From: an uncultured delta proteobacterium | GTDB taxonomy: Bacteria; Myxococcota_A; Polyangia; Polyangiales; B10-G4 | Assembly: GCA_963727445.1 (NCBI GenBank) | Contig: CAVSGI010000010.1 | Location: 416,001-480,000, forward strand | Direction of reading: 5' to 3' | DNA: 64,000 nucleotides | Shown: in pieces, positions 35,024-44,806 of the stretch | Layout: each line of letters opens with the position of its first letter | Position numbering within the stretch: position 1 is the stretch's first letter | Notes under the pieces: model-generated | What the model was told of the DNA's origin: nothing | The model's input: the letters and a program-made list of their open reading frames with translations, nothing else | Databases searched by the model: none | Position numbers and translations under genes: made by a program

Positions 35024-35322
35024 GGGGACGCTAGATTGACAATTGACTTTCGCCCGTGGAGCGGGGGGAGAGAGGGGGACGCTAGATTGACAATTGACTT
35101 TCGCCCGTGGAGCGGAGGGAGAGAGGGGACGCTAGATTGACAATTGACTTTCGCCCGTGGTGCGGGTGCCTTTTTCCTAAATCGCTTGGTGGGGGCGAAA
35201 GTCAATTGTCAATCTAGCGTCCCCAGGGATTCGCTTGGTGGGGGCGAAAGTCAATTGTCAATCTAGCGTCCCCAGGGATTCGCTTGGTGGGGGCGAAAGT
35301 CAATTGTCAATCTAGCGTCCCC
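35024..35322. repeat. Three direct plus three inverted copies of the 32-bp unit GGGGACGCTAGATTGACAATTGACTTTCGCCC
   Basis: Forward at 35024-55, 35075-106, 35125-156; inverted at 35193-224, 35242-273, 35291-322. Confidence 0.95.
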
Positions 35323-36971
35323 AGGGATTCGCGGGCCATGTCGACCAGGTCCCAGTAGGGAGGTGTGTAGCCCTGCTGCTGGCGGAAGGTCTCGGCACGC
35401 CGGAGCACGCCTTCCTTCACTTTCGCATGTCGCGCGGAGAGCCACTCGGCGCGAAGCGCACGCGTCGCGCTCATGCCTTCCGGGACGGGTCCCGCGTCGC
35501 CGAAGAGGTTGAGAAGCACGCTGTAGGACTTGGCCAGCCGTGCCAGGGGGAGCATTCGGTAGTCGTAGTCGAGCTGGTCGCCGCGCTCGGCGCCTTCGAG
35601 CATGGCGTCGATGACGGCGTTGTCGACGTGGTCGTCGAAGAGCGCGTCCGGGTCACGCCACTCGGCCACCACCACCACTTTCGGATCGTATTCGAGGTCC
35701 GACGGGCCGTGCGTCACGAACTGCTCCACCCCGAAACGCGAGAGCCACGAGGTTACGCCCCGCGAGGACATGCTGGTCAGTCCCTCCCACAGATCCACGC
35801 CGAGGTCGGCGTAGGGCGCCGACGCCACTTCGGAGCAGAACATCGCGCTGTGCTCGTCGTAGCGCATGGCGAAGTCGTAAGGCACGTGGCGCGCGCGCGC
35901 TTCGGCGAGGGCGGCCTCGGCGGCGCGGTGCGGCAGCATGGGATCGTCGACCATCGCGTCCAGGTCGTGCGCGAGGCGCAGCACCATGACCCGCAGCTTC
36001 TCGTCGGCGAGGTAGGTCTCGAGGGAGGAGACGGTGACGCCCACTTCGATGTGTGCCTCGATCACGCGCGCTTCGCCGTCCTCGCCGACGTGCAGGAGCG
36101 CGATGTGCGAGAAGTTGCCTGGGTAGTCGTTTCCGCGCGCGATCAAGGCGCTGGTGGGTGCGCCGCCACGCGACACCAGGATGTCTCCGCTGTGCACCTC
36201 GATGCCGAGGAGCTCGGCGGCGGGCGTGCGCGAGGGCTCGGGGGTACCCATGACCACCGGCGAGAGCGCCGAGCGATCCATCTGGAGCATCACCTCTTCG
36301 ATCGCGGTGCGGCTCCCGTAGAGGAGGCGATAGATGCGCCGGCGCGCCACCGCTTCCGACACGTCCCACTCGCGGCTGGTCCTCTTGAGCGCGGCGCGCA
36401 GTCGAACGACCCGCTGCACGAGCTCTTCGCTCCGCGCGGGACAGGCGGCGACGAGGGGCGCCGCCGAAAAGACGTGCTCCAAGATCGCGTCGAGCCGCGG
36501 ATCGCTCGGTCCGTAGCCGCCTCCTTCGAGCCACAGGACATCGGCCGAGAGCGCGGATAGATGCGAGGTGATGGGCGCCTCCGCGCGCACGCAGCCAGCG
36601 CGCCGCGCGTCGATGAAGCGCGCTTCGAGCGCCTCCCAGAGCGCGTCTTGATCCCACACGAAAGGCTCGGCGTCGGCGGGCACGGGGGTGTCCGGCGCCG
36701 GCTCCGGTATGAGGAGGAGCGCGGCGAGGATGGCTACCAAGACGAGCGCGACGCGGAAGATCTTGCGTCGCCGGCCACGGACCCTCGACTCCGAGCCCTT
36801 CTGGCGAAGACTTTTCGCGCGCGCCACGAGGCGCCCATCATACAGCCTCGCCCGCGTCCAGCCGCGACCTCCGCGCAGAGCGTAGCCATCGTTGACGGCT
36901 CGGACCCTTCCCGCGTAAAGCAAGGGTTTGTCGATGCTGGCCCGGCGCGTCTGTCTGATCACCCTCGCCAC
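35307..36971 (-). CDS. Permuted NlpC/P60 (YiiX/YebB-like) cysteine hydrolase, membrane-anchored (start uncertain)
   Basis: SGDILVSRG, FSHIAL, IEAH, PYDF, MFCSEV. Confidence 0.8.
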   Translation of the reverse strand: MARVIRQTRRASIDKPLLYAGRVRAVNDGYALRGGRGWTRARLYDGRLVARAKSLRQKGSESRVRGRRRKIFRVALVLVAILAALLLIPEPAPDTPVPADAEPFVWDQDALWEALEARFIDARRAGCVRAEAPITSHLSALSADVLWLEGGGYGPSDPRLDAILEHVFSAAPLVAACPARSEELVQRVVRLRAALKRTSREWDVSEAVARRRIYRLLYGSRTAIEEVMLQMDRSALSPVVMGTPEPSRTPAAELLGIEVHSGDILVSRGGAPTSALIARGNDYPGNFSHIALLHVGEDGEARVIEAHIEVGVTVSSLETYLADEKLRVMVLRLAHDLDAMVDDPMLPHRAAEAALAEARARHVPYDFAMRYDEHSAMFCSEVASAPYADLGVDLWEGLTSMSSRGVTSWLSRFGVEQFVTHGPSDLEYDPKVVVVAEWRDPDALFDDHVDNAVIDAMLEGAERGDQLDYDYRMLPLARLAKSYSVLLNLFGDAGPVPEGMSATRALRAEWLSARHAKVKEGVLRRAETFRQQQGYTPPYWDLVDMARESLGTLD

Positions 36972-38089
36972 GGCCTCGTGGGCGATGCCCGTGAGCCTGA
37001 AGGCCCAGGACGCGGGCGCTGACGCAGGCGTGGTGAGCGTGTCGTCGGCCGATTCGGGACCGGAGACGGACGCCGCGACGCAGACGGAGGCGGACGCGGC
37101 GACGGAGACGGACGCGGCGACGGAAACGGACGCGGAAACGGCGACGGAGACGGAGACGGACGCGGCGACGGAGACGGACGCGGCGACGGAGACTGCCGCC
37201 CCCGTCGCAGACGTCGACGAGACGATCGAAGGGACCGTCGTCGAGACCGAGCCCGCGCTTCCCGAGCCGATGATGCCCCGCCTGACCTGGGAGCCGAAGT
37301 GGGGACGATTCGGGCGTCCTGAACTATCTGATGGTCGGCACCTCCGCCGTCATCGCCGGGCTCAACATGGGCATCGGGCCGCGCTCGGACAATCCGACCC
37401 AGGGCGGCGTGCTCTTCGACGAGGGCGCGCGCAACACCCTCCGCGTGGGGAACGAGCTCGGCCGCGAGACGGCGCGCGACGTCAGTGACGTCCTGCTCAC
37501 CTTCCTGACCAGCTATCCGACCCTGGTCGACGCGCTCCTGGTCGCGGCGTGGATGCACGACTCCGCCGACGTCGCGGTGCAGATGATCCTGATGCACGCC
37601 GAGGTCGTCACCTTCATCCTCGCGCTGCAGACCACCGCCAACGTCCTCATGAGCCGAGAGCGTCCCTACGCCCGCACCTGCGGCGGGCCCGGCGCCGACG
37701 ACCTGCCGGGAGACGCCGGGCTCTGTAACGGGAGCGTTCGTTACTACAGCTTCTTCAGCGGCCACACGTCTCAGTCCTTCGCCAGCGCGGCGCTCGTCTG
37801 CATGAACCACGCGTACCTCGACCTCTACGGAGGCGGCGTCGCGGACGCGATCCCCTGCGTGTCGAGCCTCGTCCTCGCCGGCGTCACCGGTCTGCTGCGG
37901 ATCATGGGGGACATGCACTACGCGACCGACGTCATCACCGGCGCCATCATGGGTACCGGCGTCGGTCTGCTACTTCCGTACCTCTTGCACTACGGCCACG
38001 ACGACGCCCCGCTCACCATCGAGAACGAGCACGTCTCGGTCTCCTTCCTGCCGACGCCCGTCGGCGCCAGCATCTTCGGGAGCTTCTGA
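36934..38089 (+). CDS. PAP2-family phosphatase with acidic repeat N-terminus (frameshift near 37312)
   Basis: RERP, SFFSGH, RIMGDMHYATDV. Confidence 0.82.
37063..37195 (+). repeat. 18-bp tandem repeat GAGACGGACGCGGCGACG encoding (ETDAAT)n
   Basis: Directly visible, about 7 imperfect units. Confidence 0.85.
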
Positions 38090-39048
38090 TGCGGCTCCTC
38101 GTATGGATGTTGCTGTTGTTGCTGACGCCGACGATGGCGCTCGCTCAGGACGGGGCGGGGGCTGAGACGGAGACGGATTCGGAGGCGGATTCGGAGACGG
38201 AGACGGGCGCGGGCACGGGCACGGATGCCGACATGTACGTCGAGTCCTCCACGCGCCCGATTCGCGAGCCGTCGATGGGCGACGTCTTCCTCCCAATCTC
38301 CTCCGAGCGTCTCCGGTACTGGCAGCGAGGGGAGCCGCGGTGGTTCGTGGGGGGCATCGTCGACTTCGGTTACCTCTATCTCCGTCCCAGCTTTCAGGTC
38401 GGTTACGGGCGGCCCCACTGGAGCTGGGTCGGGCTCGAGCTCGAGCCGCTGATCAGCACGAGCTACATAGGCGGCTACCTCGGACTTCACGCGGCGCTTC
38501 CTTTCATCGAGCTCCGCGTGGGCGGGCGCTACGTCTTCACATTCTCGCAGAGCTACCTCGCTCCCAGGCAGAGCTACGCGCCCCTCGATCTCGAATCGAG
38601 CGCCGGACCTCCCTCGCGCTCGCTGGCGCTCCAGGCGCAGCTCGTGCTCAAGATCCCCCTGGGGCCCGGCGATTTTCGCTCCGTGATCACCGGGACCTAC
38701 CTCGCCCTCGTCGACGACGGCTTCTACGTCTACGACAACATCCTGCGTCTGGTGGCCGCGCCGCCGTGGAACTGGGGAGCCACGGCTGGCTATCGAATCA
38801 GCTTCGGGCCGAACGCGTCGATGTACGTGCAGCCGATGGCCGAGCTCGTTCACCTCGTGGAGCGGCAGGCGTTCATCGTGCGCGCGGGCGCTGCCGTGGG
38901 CGCGCAGCTCTGGCCGGATCTCGAGCTGCGCCTGCGCGTCCTACCGCAGGTCTATGGGCCCGATCCTCTCGGTGGAAAGGGCGGGTACACGATCCAGTTC
39001 GGAATCCGTTATCGTTTCGCCACGGATGCGCCGAACTTCGAAGATTGA
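38089..39048 (+). CDS. Hypothetical secreted or outer-membrane beta-rich protein
   Basis: Signal peptide, alternating aromatic beta pattern, FGIRYRF near the C-terminus. Confidence 0.6.
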   Translation: MRLLVWMLLLLLTPTMALAQDGAGAETETDSEADSETETGAGTGTDADMYVESSTRPIREPSMGDVFLPISSERLRYWQRGEPRWFVGGIVDFGYLYLRPSFQVGYGRPHWSWVGLELEPLISTSYIGGYLGLHAALPFIELRVGGRYVFTFSQSYLAPRQSYAPLDLESSAGPPSRSLALQAQLVLKIPLGPGDFRSVITGTYLALVDDGFYVYDNILRLVAAPPWNWGATAGYRISFGPNASMYVQPMAELVHLVERQAFIVRAGAAVGAQLWPDLELRLRVLPQVYGPDPLGGKGGYTIQFGIRYRFATDAPNFED

Positions 39049-40162
39049 GCTGATCTCGCTCGTCCTGCTCGCGGGCGGGTGTGGGGGCGCGAGCGAGAGC
39101 CCCCGACCCGCGCTCAGGGACGACGAGGTCGCGGACCAGCGCGAGGCGCGGCGGCGCTCCGAGTTTCGCGAGGTGACCACCGGCGCCGCCCATTCCTGCG
39201 CGATCAGCGTGGAGGGGACCGTCGCCTGCTGGGGCGACAACGCCCTCGGCCAGCTCGGGGACGGAACGGAGGAGGAGCGGCTCACGCCGGTGTGGGTCGA
39301 GCGGATCGACAACGCCATCGACGTGGACGCGGGCATGTCCTCGACCTGCGCGCTGCACGAGGGAGGGGGCGCGAGCTGCTGGGGCGGGAGCGCGAGCGCT
39401 CTTCGGCCGCCGACCGCGCTCGAGGGCATCCACGGCGTCATCCGTTCGATCGCCGTCGGCCGCACCGTGTGTGCCATCGATCTGCCCGGGCGCGTCTTCT
39501 GTTGGCCCAACGCGGAGGGCATCGCTTCGGGCCGCCCCGTCGAGCTCGCGCCGCGCAATCCCGCGCGCTACCTCGACGTGGGCCTGGACTGGCTGTGCAC
39601 CCTCTCCGGCCCCGACGACGGGCAGTGCTTCACCTTCAGCGCGGCCGAAGACGATCCCGAGCGTCTCACCTTCGGCGAAGACGACGTGGTGCTCGAGCTC
39701 GACGACGTGCGCCAGCTCGCGGTGAGCGGACATCAGGCCTGCGCCACCGGCCACGGCCGCGCCGTGTGCTGGGGGCACAACGATCACGGTCAGCTGGGAA
39801 CCGGCGATCTCGAGGCGCGTGTGCAGCCCGTGCGCATTCTCGACGGGGTCGACGTCACGCACGTCACCACCGGCTGGCAGCACAGCTGCGCGACCACCGC
39901 CGCGGGCGGCGTGAAGTGCTGGGGCGACAACAGCTTCGGCCAGCTCGGCGACGGGACCATGGAGCAGCGGACCGAGCCGGTCGACGTGATCGGTCTCGAA
40001 CAAGGCGTTGTGCGGGTCGCTGCCGGGCGCGGTCATACCTGCGCCGTGACCATCGGCCGCGAGGTCTACTGCTGGGGGCAGAACGATCACGGTCAGCTCG
40101 GCGACGGCACGCGGGCGCTCCGGACGACGCCGGTCGCCGTCGACGTGAGCTCACTCCGCTGA
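39026..40162 (+). CDS. RCC1/BLIP-II repeat lipoprotein
   Basis: Repeated HxCA...CWGxNxxGQLGDG. Confidence 0.88.
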   Translation: MRRTSKIELISLVLLAGGCGGASESPRPALRDDEVADQREARRRSEFREVTTGAAHSCAISVEGTVACWGDNALGQLGDGTEEERLTPVWVERIDNAIDVDAGMSSTCALHEGGGASCWGGSASALRPPTALEGIHGVIRSIAVGRTVCAIDLPGRVFCWPNAEGIASGRPVELAPRNPARYLDVGLDWLCTLSGPDDGQCFTFSAAEDDPERLTFGEDDVVLELDDVRQLAVSGHQACATGHGRAVCWGHNDHGQLGTGDLEARVQPVRILDGVDVTHVTTGWQHSCATTAAGGVKCWGDNSFGQLGDGTMEQRTEPVDVIGLEQGVVRVAAGRGHTCAVTIGREVYCWGQNDHGQLGDGTRALRTTPVAVDVSSLR

Positions 40163-41242
40163 GGTTTCCTCTTCGCTCTCGGCCGGCTCATCGGGGGTCC
40201 CCGCGGTCTCGGCGGGCGCGGATGTCCCGCTCCCGACCGGGAACGCGACCGGGATGGTGAGGTCGCCAATCTGGATCTCCAGGCGGCACTCGCCATCGGT
40301 GAGCGCGTCCACGCGGTAGACCCCGTCGCCGTACACGTCCTCGAGGTTCTCGGTTTCACAGACCGCCGGATCGAGCGCCACCAAGGAGGCGCGCCCGACC
40401 AGTCCGAAGAGGCGCGTGCCGTCGGTGCGCTTGGACCAGACGCTGACCAGGGTCCGCCGTCCGGGCTCCATGCCGTCGAGCGGCATCTCGCCACCCTCCG
40501 GATCGATCGCCGACACACCCCAGGTGTCATCCTCGGCTGCGTCGACGATCGGGAAGGTCACCGGATGACCTCCCAGGGGGCGAAGCGTCACCTCCTCCGC
40601 GTCCTGCTCGAGGTGGACGTCGACGCGCTCCACGTCGCCGTCACGGATCGAGAGCCGCGCCGCGCGCGGCGGATCGACGCGCACCGGGAGCGCCGCGCCG
40701 TACCCGCCGAGGACGCGGTGCGCCATGTCCCGTCGGGTCATACCGAAGCGCGCGATGCCGCCGCGCACGAAGGCGACCTGCGCGCCTTCCGGGAGCCGGT
40801 CCCAGACGAAGTGGTCGAGCTCGACCAGCGCGGGCTCCGCGACGTGGATCTGAAAGGTGCGGGTGCCGTGATCGGTCTGAAAGGTGACGTCGACGGTTCC
40901 TGGCCGCAGGCCCTCGATCTTCGCGTAGCTCCCGCGGAAGGAGTCGATGTGTAGGACGGTCTCGTCCGAGGAGATGGCGCTCTGAATGACCGCCGGGCTG
41001 ATGTTCTCCGCTTCCTGCGCGTAGCCGCCGCCCTCGAGGGCGCCAGGCTCGAAGATCTCGAGGTCGGCGAACATGCCGGTGGAGAGCGAGAGCTCGATGG
41101 GGCTCGCGCCGGCCACCCGCCCGCCGCCGACCCGATGTCCGATCTGCAGGGTGGTGCTCTCGGGGCCGGTGGATGCGGTCGCGCCGCACGCGGCCGCGAA
41201 GAGCGAGACGACGACGAGGGAGTACGACAGGCACTGCGTCAC
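40151..41242 (-). CDS. Hypothetical lipoprotein (Ig-like beta domains)
   Basis: AAAC lipobox; directly downstream of the next gene. Confidence 0.6.
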   Translation of the reverse strand: MTQCLSYSLVVVSLFAAACGATASTGPESTTLQIGHRVGGGRVAGASPIELSLSTGMFADLEIFEPGALEGGGYAQEAENISPAVIQSAISSDETVLHIDSFRGSYAKIEGLRPGTVDVTFQTDHGTRTFQIHVAEPALVELDHFVWDRLPEGAQVAFVRGGIARFGMTRRDMAHRVLGGYGAALPVRVDPPRAARLSIRDGDVERVDVHLEQDAEEVTLRPLGGHPVTFPIVDAAEDDTWGVSAIDPEGGEMPLDGMEPGRRTLVSVWSKRTDGTRLFGLVGRASLVALDPAVCETENLEDVYGDGVYRVDALTDGECRLEIQIGDLTIPVAFPVGSGTSAPAETAGTPDEPAESEEETSAE

Positions 41243-41246
41243 GGGG

Positions 41247-41939
41247 TCAGCTCGCCTTTTGCGCCGGGTACACGCGGTCGCGCGCCGGAGGGATGAGCTC
41301 GTCGAGCTCGTCCGTGAGCTTGGCGAGGGTCCGCTGCACCTTCGCGACGACGTCCGGGGACAGATCGTCGATCTTGTCGACGAGGGAGGTGAGCCGGCGG
41401 GCGGCTGCACTGGCCCGCTCCATGCGCTCGAGGGCCTCGGCGCCGTCGGGCTTCGCCTTGAGGACGGGATTGAACTCGCGACGCAGCACGGCGACCGGCT
41501 TGTTGTCATCGAAGACGGCGGTCTTGAGCTCGCGGATCACCTCCGGATCGGGCTCGGGGAGCGGCCGCTTCGGGTTGGGCTTGGGGTTGAGCGCCTGCGC
41601 GAAGTAGTCCACCGCGTCCACGCTGGGGATCTCGCTGGCGACGCCGTCGCGCCGCAGCACCTGCGGTGCATGCTCGCGGAGCGTCGCGTAACCGCCAGTG
41701 AGCTTGTCCACCGTGGTGCCGCGGATGTGCAGCTCCTCGTGACAGTAGCTGTGGAGATCGGGATAGCCCCAGCGCTCGTAGGCGCCCGTGTCGCGAACCC
41801 AGGCGATGGCTTCGGCCATCTCCACCCAGCTGCGCTTGAATCGCCGCGCGCGCTGGACGAGCTCCAGCCGCTGCCCGTCGTCTCCCTTCTTCGCCAGGCT
41901 TTCTGCCAATGCGTCGAGCTTCTCGTGGACGGTCGCCAT
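41247..41939 (-). CDS. Hypothetical helical protein, possibly DNA-binding
   Basis: FKRSWVEMA..YERWGY...SYCHEELHI motif; clean codon usage. Confidence 0.65.
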   Translation of the reverse strand: MATVHEKLDALAESLAKKGDDGQRLELVQRARRFKRSWVEMAEAIAWVRDTGAYERWGYPDLHSYCHEELHIRGTTVDKLTGGYATLREHAPQVLRRDGVASEIPSVDAVDYFAQALNPKPNPKRPLPEPDPEVIRELKTAVFDDNKPVAVLRREFNPVLKAKPDGAEALERMERASAAARRLTSLVDKIDDLSPDVVAKVQRTLAKLTDELDELIPPARDRVYPAQKAS

Positions 41940-42026
41940 GGGGCCGTATAGATCGGGCCCAAGGCTCTCGTGAAGGCGTTTTCAAACTCCCGCGGGATCT
42001 CTACCCTTCCCGCCACGGAGGAATGG

Positions 42027-42845
42027 ATGATGCCCCCCAGGTCCACCACGCTGCTCGTCCTCACGGCCCTCGTCGCCGGCGGTCTCGCCGTCGCCTGTGA
42101 CCGGGCCAATCCGCGCGGCGACGCGCCCCCCGCCCGCCGTTTGCCGGAGTCCGAGCGCCAGCAGGTCCAGCAGCAGGCCGAGACGCGCCCCGCCTCGCGT
42201 CCCGAGCCTACCGCCCCGCCGCCCACCAACGCCCCCCCGGAGGCGCCGACCGCGATGGATCCCGAGGTCCGCGCGCGCCTGCTCGACCCGCCCCCCGACG
42301 AGCATGCGCCCGACGAGTTCACCATCGTCCTCGACACCACCGAGGGCGAGGTGTTGATCGACGTCCATCGCGAGTGGGCGCCCGTGGGCGCCGACCGGAT
42401 CTACTCCCTGGTGCGCCTCGGCTACTTCGACGACACGGCGTTCTTCCGCGTGATCGAGGGCTTCATGGCGCAGGTCGGCATTCACGGCGACGGCGCGGTG
42501 AACCGCGCCTGGCGCAGCCGCAACATCCAGGACGACCCCGTCACCCAGTCCAACACGCGCGGCATGGTGACCTTCGCCAAGACGGGGATGCCGAACAGCC
42601 GCGCCACCCAGTTCTTCATCAACTTCGGCGACAACTCGCGCCTCGATCCGATGGGCTTCGCCCCCTTCGGTCGGGTGCGGGACATGAGCGTGGTGGATCG
42701 TCTGTATGCCGGGTACGGGGAAGGGGCGCCCAGCGGGCGGGGCCCGGCCCAGGGCCGACTCCAGATGGAGGGGAATCGTTACCTTCGGGCGGAGTTTCCG
42801 GAGCTCGATTACATCCGCACCGCGCGGATCCAGGGCGAGGAGTAG
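42027..42845 (+). CDS. Cyclophilin-type peptidyl-prolyl isomerase (lipoprotein)
   Basis: FFRVIEGFMAQ, SNTRG, TQFFIN, FAPFG. Confidence 0.92.
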   Translation: MMPPRSTTLLVLTALVAGGLAVACDRANPRGDAPPARRLPESERQQVQQQAETRPASRPEPTAPPPTNAPPEAPTAMDPEVRARLLDPPPDEHAPDEFTIVLDTTEGEVLIDVHREWAPVGADRIYSLVRLGYFDDTAFFRVIEGFMAQVGIHGDGAVNRAWRSRNIQDDPVTQSNTRGMVTFAKTGMPNSRATQFFINFGDNSRLDPMGFAPFGRVRDMSVVDRLYAGYGEGAPSGRGPAQGRLQMEGNRYLRAEFPELDYIRTARIQGEE

Positions 42846-42931
42846 GGCGTTTCCGCAGCGCCGAGCCTCTTCGGCATTGAATCTTCGTCTCCGCTGCGCG
42901 TCTGCCTCGCGTGGCTGCTAGGCTGAAGAGC

Positions 42932-43429
42932 GTGAGGCTCCGTCTACTCTCCGTGCTCCTGCTTCTGACCGCCGCGACGGTGGCCCAGGCGCAGGAGGGC
43001 GGCGGCGAAGGCGGGCAGAGCGGCGATGGCGCCGAGGCGACCGGCGGAGGAACCCTGAGGGTTCACATCGTCGCCCTGCGCAACGACGACGGGGACGTCG
43101 GGTGCCTGCTCTTCCGCAGCTCGGACGGTTTCCCCGGCGAGCCCGACAAGGCGGTGCAGAAGGTGGTGGGGGAGTTCGGTCGCAGCAACCGTCGCACGGC
43201 CACCTGCGTCTTCCGCCACGTCCCCGCGGGCCGCTACGCCGTCGTCGTCGGCCACGACGAAAACGGCAACCACCGCATGGACCGCAACGCGCTCGGCATT
43301 CCCAGCGAAGGCTGGGGCACCTCGAGAGATGCCCCCGCCCGTTTCGGTCCTCCCGACTTCGACGACGCCGTCTTCCGCTTCAACGGCCGCCGCCAGCTCG
43401 TCCTCGTGACGATGCGCTACGGCTTCTAG
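42932..43429 (+). CDS. DUF2141-family secreted protein
   Basis: GRYAV..HDENGN..D...GIPSEGWGTS..FGPP.F. Confidence 0.85.
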   Translation: MRLRLLSVLLLLTAATVAQAQEGGGEGGQSGDGAEATGGGTLRVHIVALRNDDGDVGCLLFRSSDGFPGEPDKAVQKVVGEFGRSNRRTATCVFRHVPAGRYAVVVGHDENGNHRMDRNALGIPSEGWGTSRDAPARFGPPDFDDAVFRFNGRRQLVLVTMRYGF

Positions 43430-43448
43430 CGGGCGACGACATCAGTCT

Positions 43449-44633
43449 CTAGACGAAGGGCAGGAAGCGGCGCAGGACGTAGCGGCCGCGGCGGAAGATG
43501 GTCTGGGGAGCGAGGGTGCCCGCGCCGACGGCGAAGCCGGTGACGATGGTCGCGCCATAGAAGACCAGGTCGATGGGCGTCGCGTGGTAGGCGATGTGCT
43601 CGCCGAGGCTGAGGTGGGGCTGGACGAGGATCTCGAAGAGCGCCTTGCCCGTGAGGATGCCGGCGAGACCGAAGACCGCGCCGAGGGCGCCGACGCCCTT
43701 GCTGTGCCCCCCACCGAGCTGCGCCGCGCCGACGCCGGTGAAGAGGCCGATGAGGATCGCGCCGTACTTGAACTCGTAGCCGCCGGTCAGCCAGCCCACG
43801 CCGCCCCAGAGGATGGCGCCGAGGATGGCGCCGAGGAGCGCACCGAAGAGGGCGCGGCCGCCGCGGAGCTCCTTGGTCGCCTGCGTCGCGGGCGCATGGC
43901 TCGGCGCGGCGTTCGCGGAGCTCGGCCCGGCGGGCGGCGCGGGCGTGGGGATGGGCGCCGCGAAGTACGCGGGGCTCTGGTTCTGGTTCGCGTAGGACAC
44001 GCCCCCGGCGTCTGCGACGAGCGGCTGGGTCGCTTCCGGGGCGACCACCGGGAGCGCGACGACGTTGTGCCCATAGGAGGGCGCGGGCGCAGCAGACTGC
44101 GCGCTGAAGGCGGGCATGGCCATGGTGGGCGGCAGGGAGGGCTGGCTCTGGTAGGGCGGGTAGACCGGCGCCTCCATCGTGGGGGCGAAGGCGGCCGGCT
44201 GCACCGCCGGCATCGCCTGGGTGGGGGGCAGGGTGGTGTCGGCGTCGGTGGCTGCTGACATCATCACCATGGTCGGGCCGTAGCCACCATCGTCGTCCTC
44301 TTCGGTGCAGAAGACGCCGGTCTCCTCGTGGCGTGGCACGAAGGCAGCGGCCTGCGGGTAGCCTCGCAGCGGCTCGGTGAAGGTGTGCTGCACGGGCGTC
44401 GAGGGGTAGCCCTTCGCGAGCTTGGTGCGGCTGGCGGGAATGACGCCGCTCTCGGCGTAGCCGAACTCCTGGGCTTCTTCAGCCTGCCTCGCCTCGGCCT
44501 CGGCCTGATCGGCGATCATGGCGAGGTAGGGGCTCGGGCAGACCACCGTGGCCTCTTCGTCCATGTCGTCGTGGTCGGCGGCGGCGTGTGGGAAGGCGTG
44601 TGAGTAGGCGTGCATGGTCCGATGTGAGAGCAC
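43449..44633 (-). CDS. Hypothetical membrane protein with a long Pro/Ala/Tyr-rich N-terminus
   Basis: Disordered N-terminus plus about four Gly-rich TM helices. Confidence 0.65.
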   Translation of the reverse strand: MLSHRTMHAYSHAFPHAAADHDDMDEEATVVCPSPYLAMIADQAEAEARQAEEAQEFGYAESGVIPASRTKLAKGYPSTPVQHTFTEPLRGYPQAAAFVPRHEETGVFCTEEDDDGGYGPTMVMMSAATDADTTLPPTQAMPAVQPAAFAPTMEAPVYPPYQSQPSLPPTMAMPAFSAQSAAPAPSYGHNVVALPVVAPEATQPLVADAGGVSYANQNQSPAYFAAPIPTPAPPAGPSSANAAPSHAPATQATKELRGGRALFGALLGAILGAILWGGVGWLTGGYEFKYGAILIGLFTGVGAAQLGGGHSKGVGALGAVFGLAGILTGKALFEILVQPHLSLGEHIAYHATPIDLVFYGATIVTGFAVGAGTLAPQTIFRRGRYVLRRFLPFV

Positions 44634-44806
44634 GGAGCATGCCGCCCTGGGGTCCGCGAAATCGCTTCGGATCCGGGTCTTGCGCGATACTGGAGCTGCC
44701 TAACAATGCAAACCTTGCCCGACCGAATCGTGCTCAGGGGCTTCGCCGGCGGAGCCGCCAAGCACAGCTCGACGGTCTCGGGGCGGGTGGTTAGCATGCA
44801 CGCCCC

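Noticed and set aside
35024..35322. CRISPR array
   Set aside because: The linkers are 17-19 bp and identical or near-identical, the orientation flips midway, and there are no cas genes.
34975..35445. Small ORFs across the repeat array
   Set aside because: They are translations of the repeat units and show no independent coding evidence.
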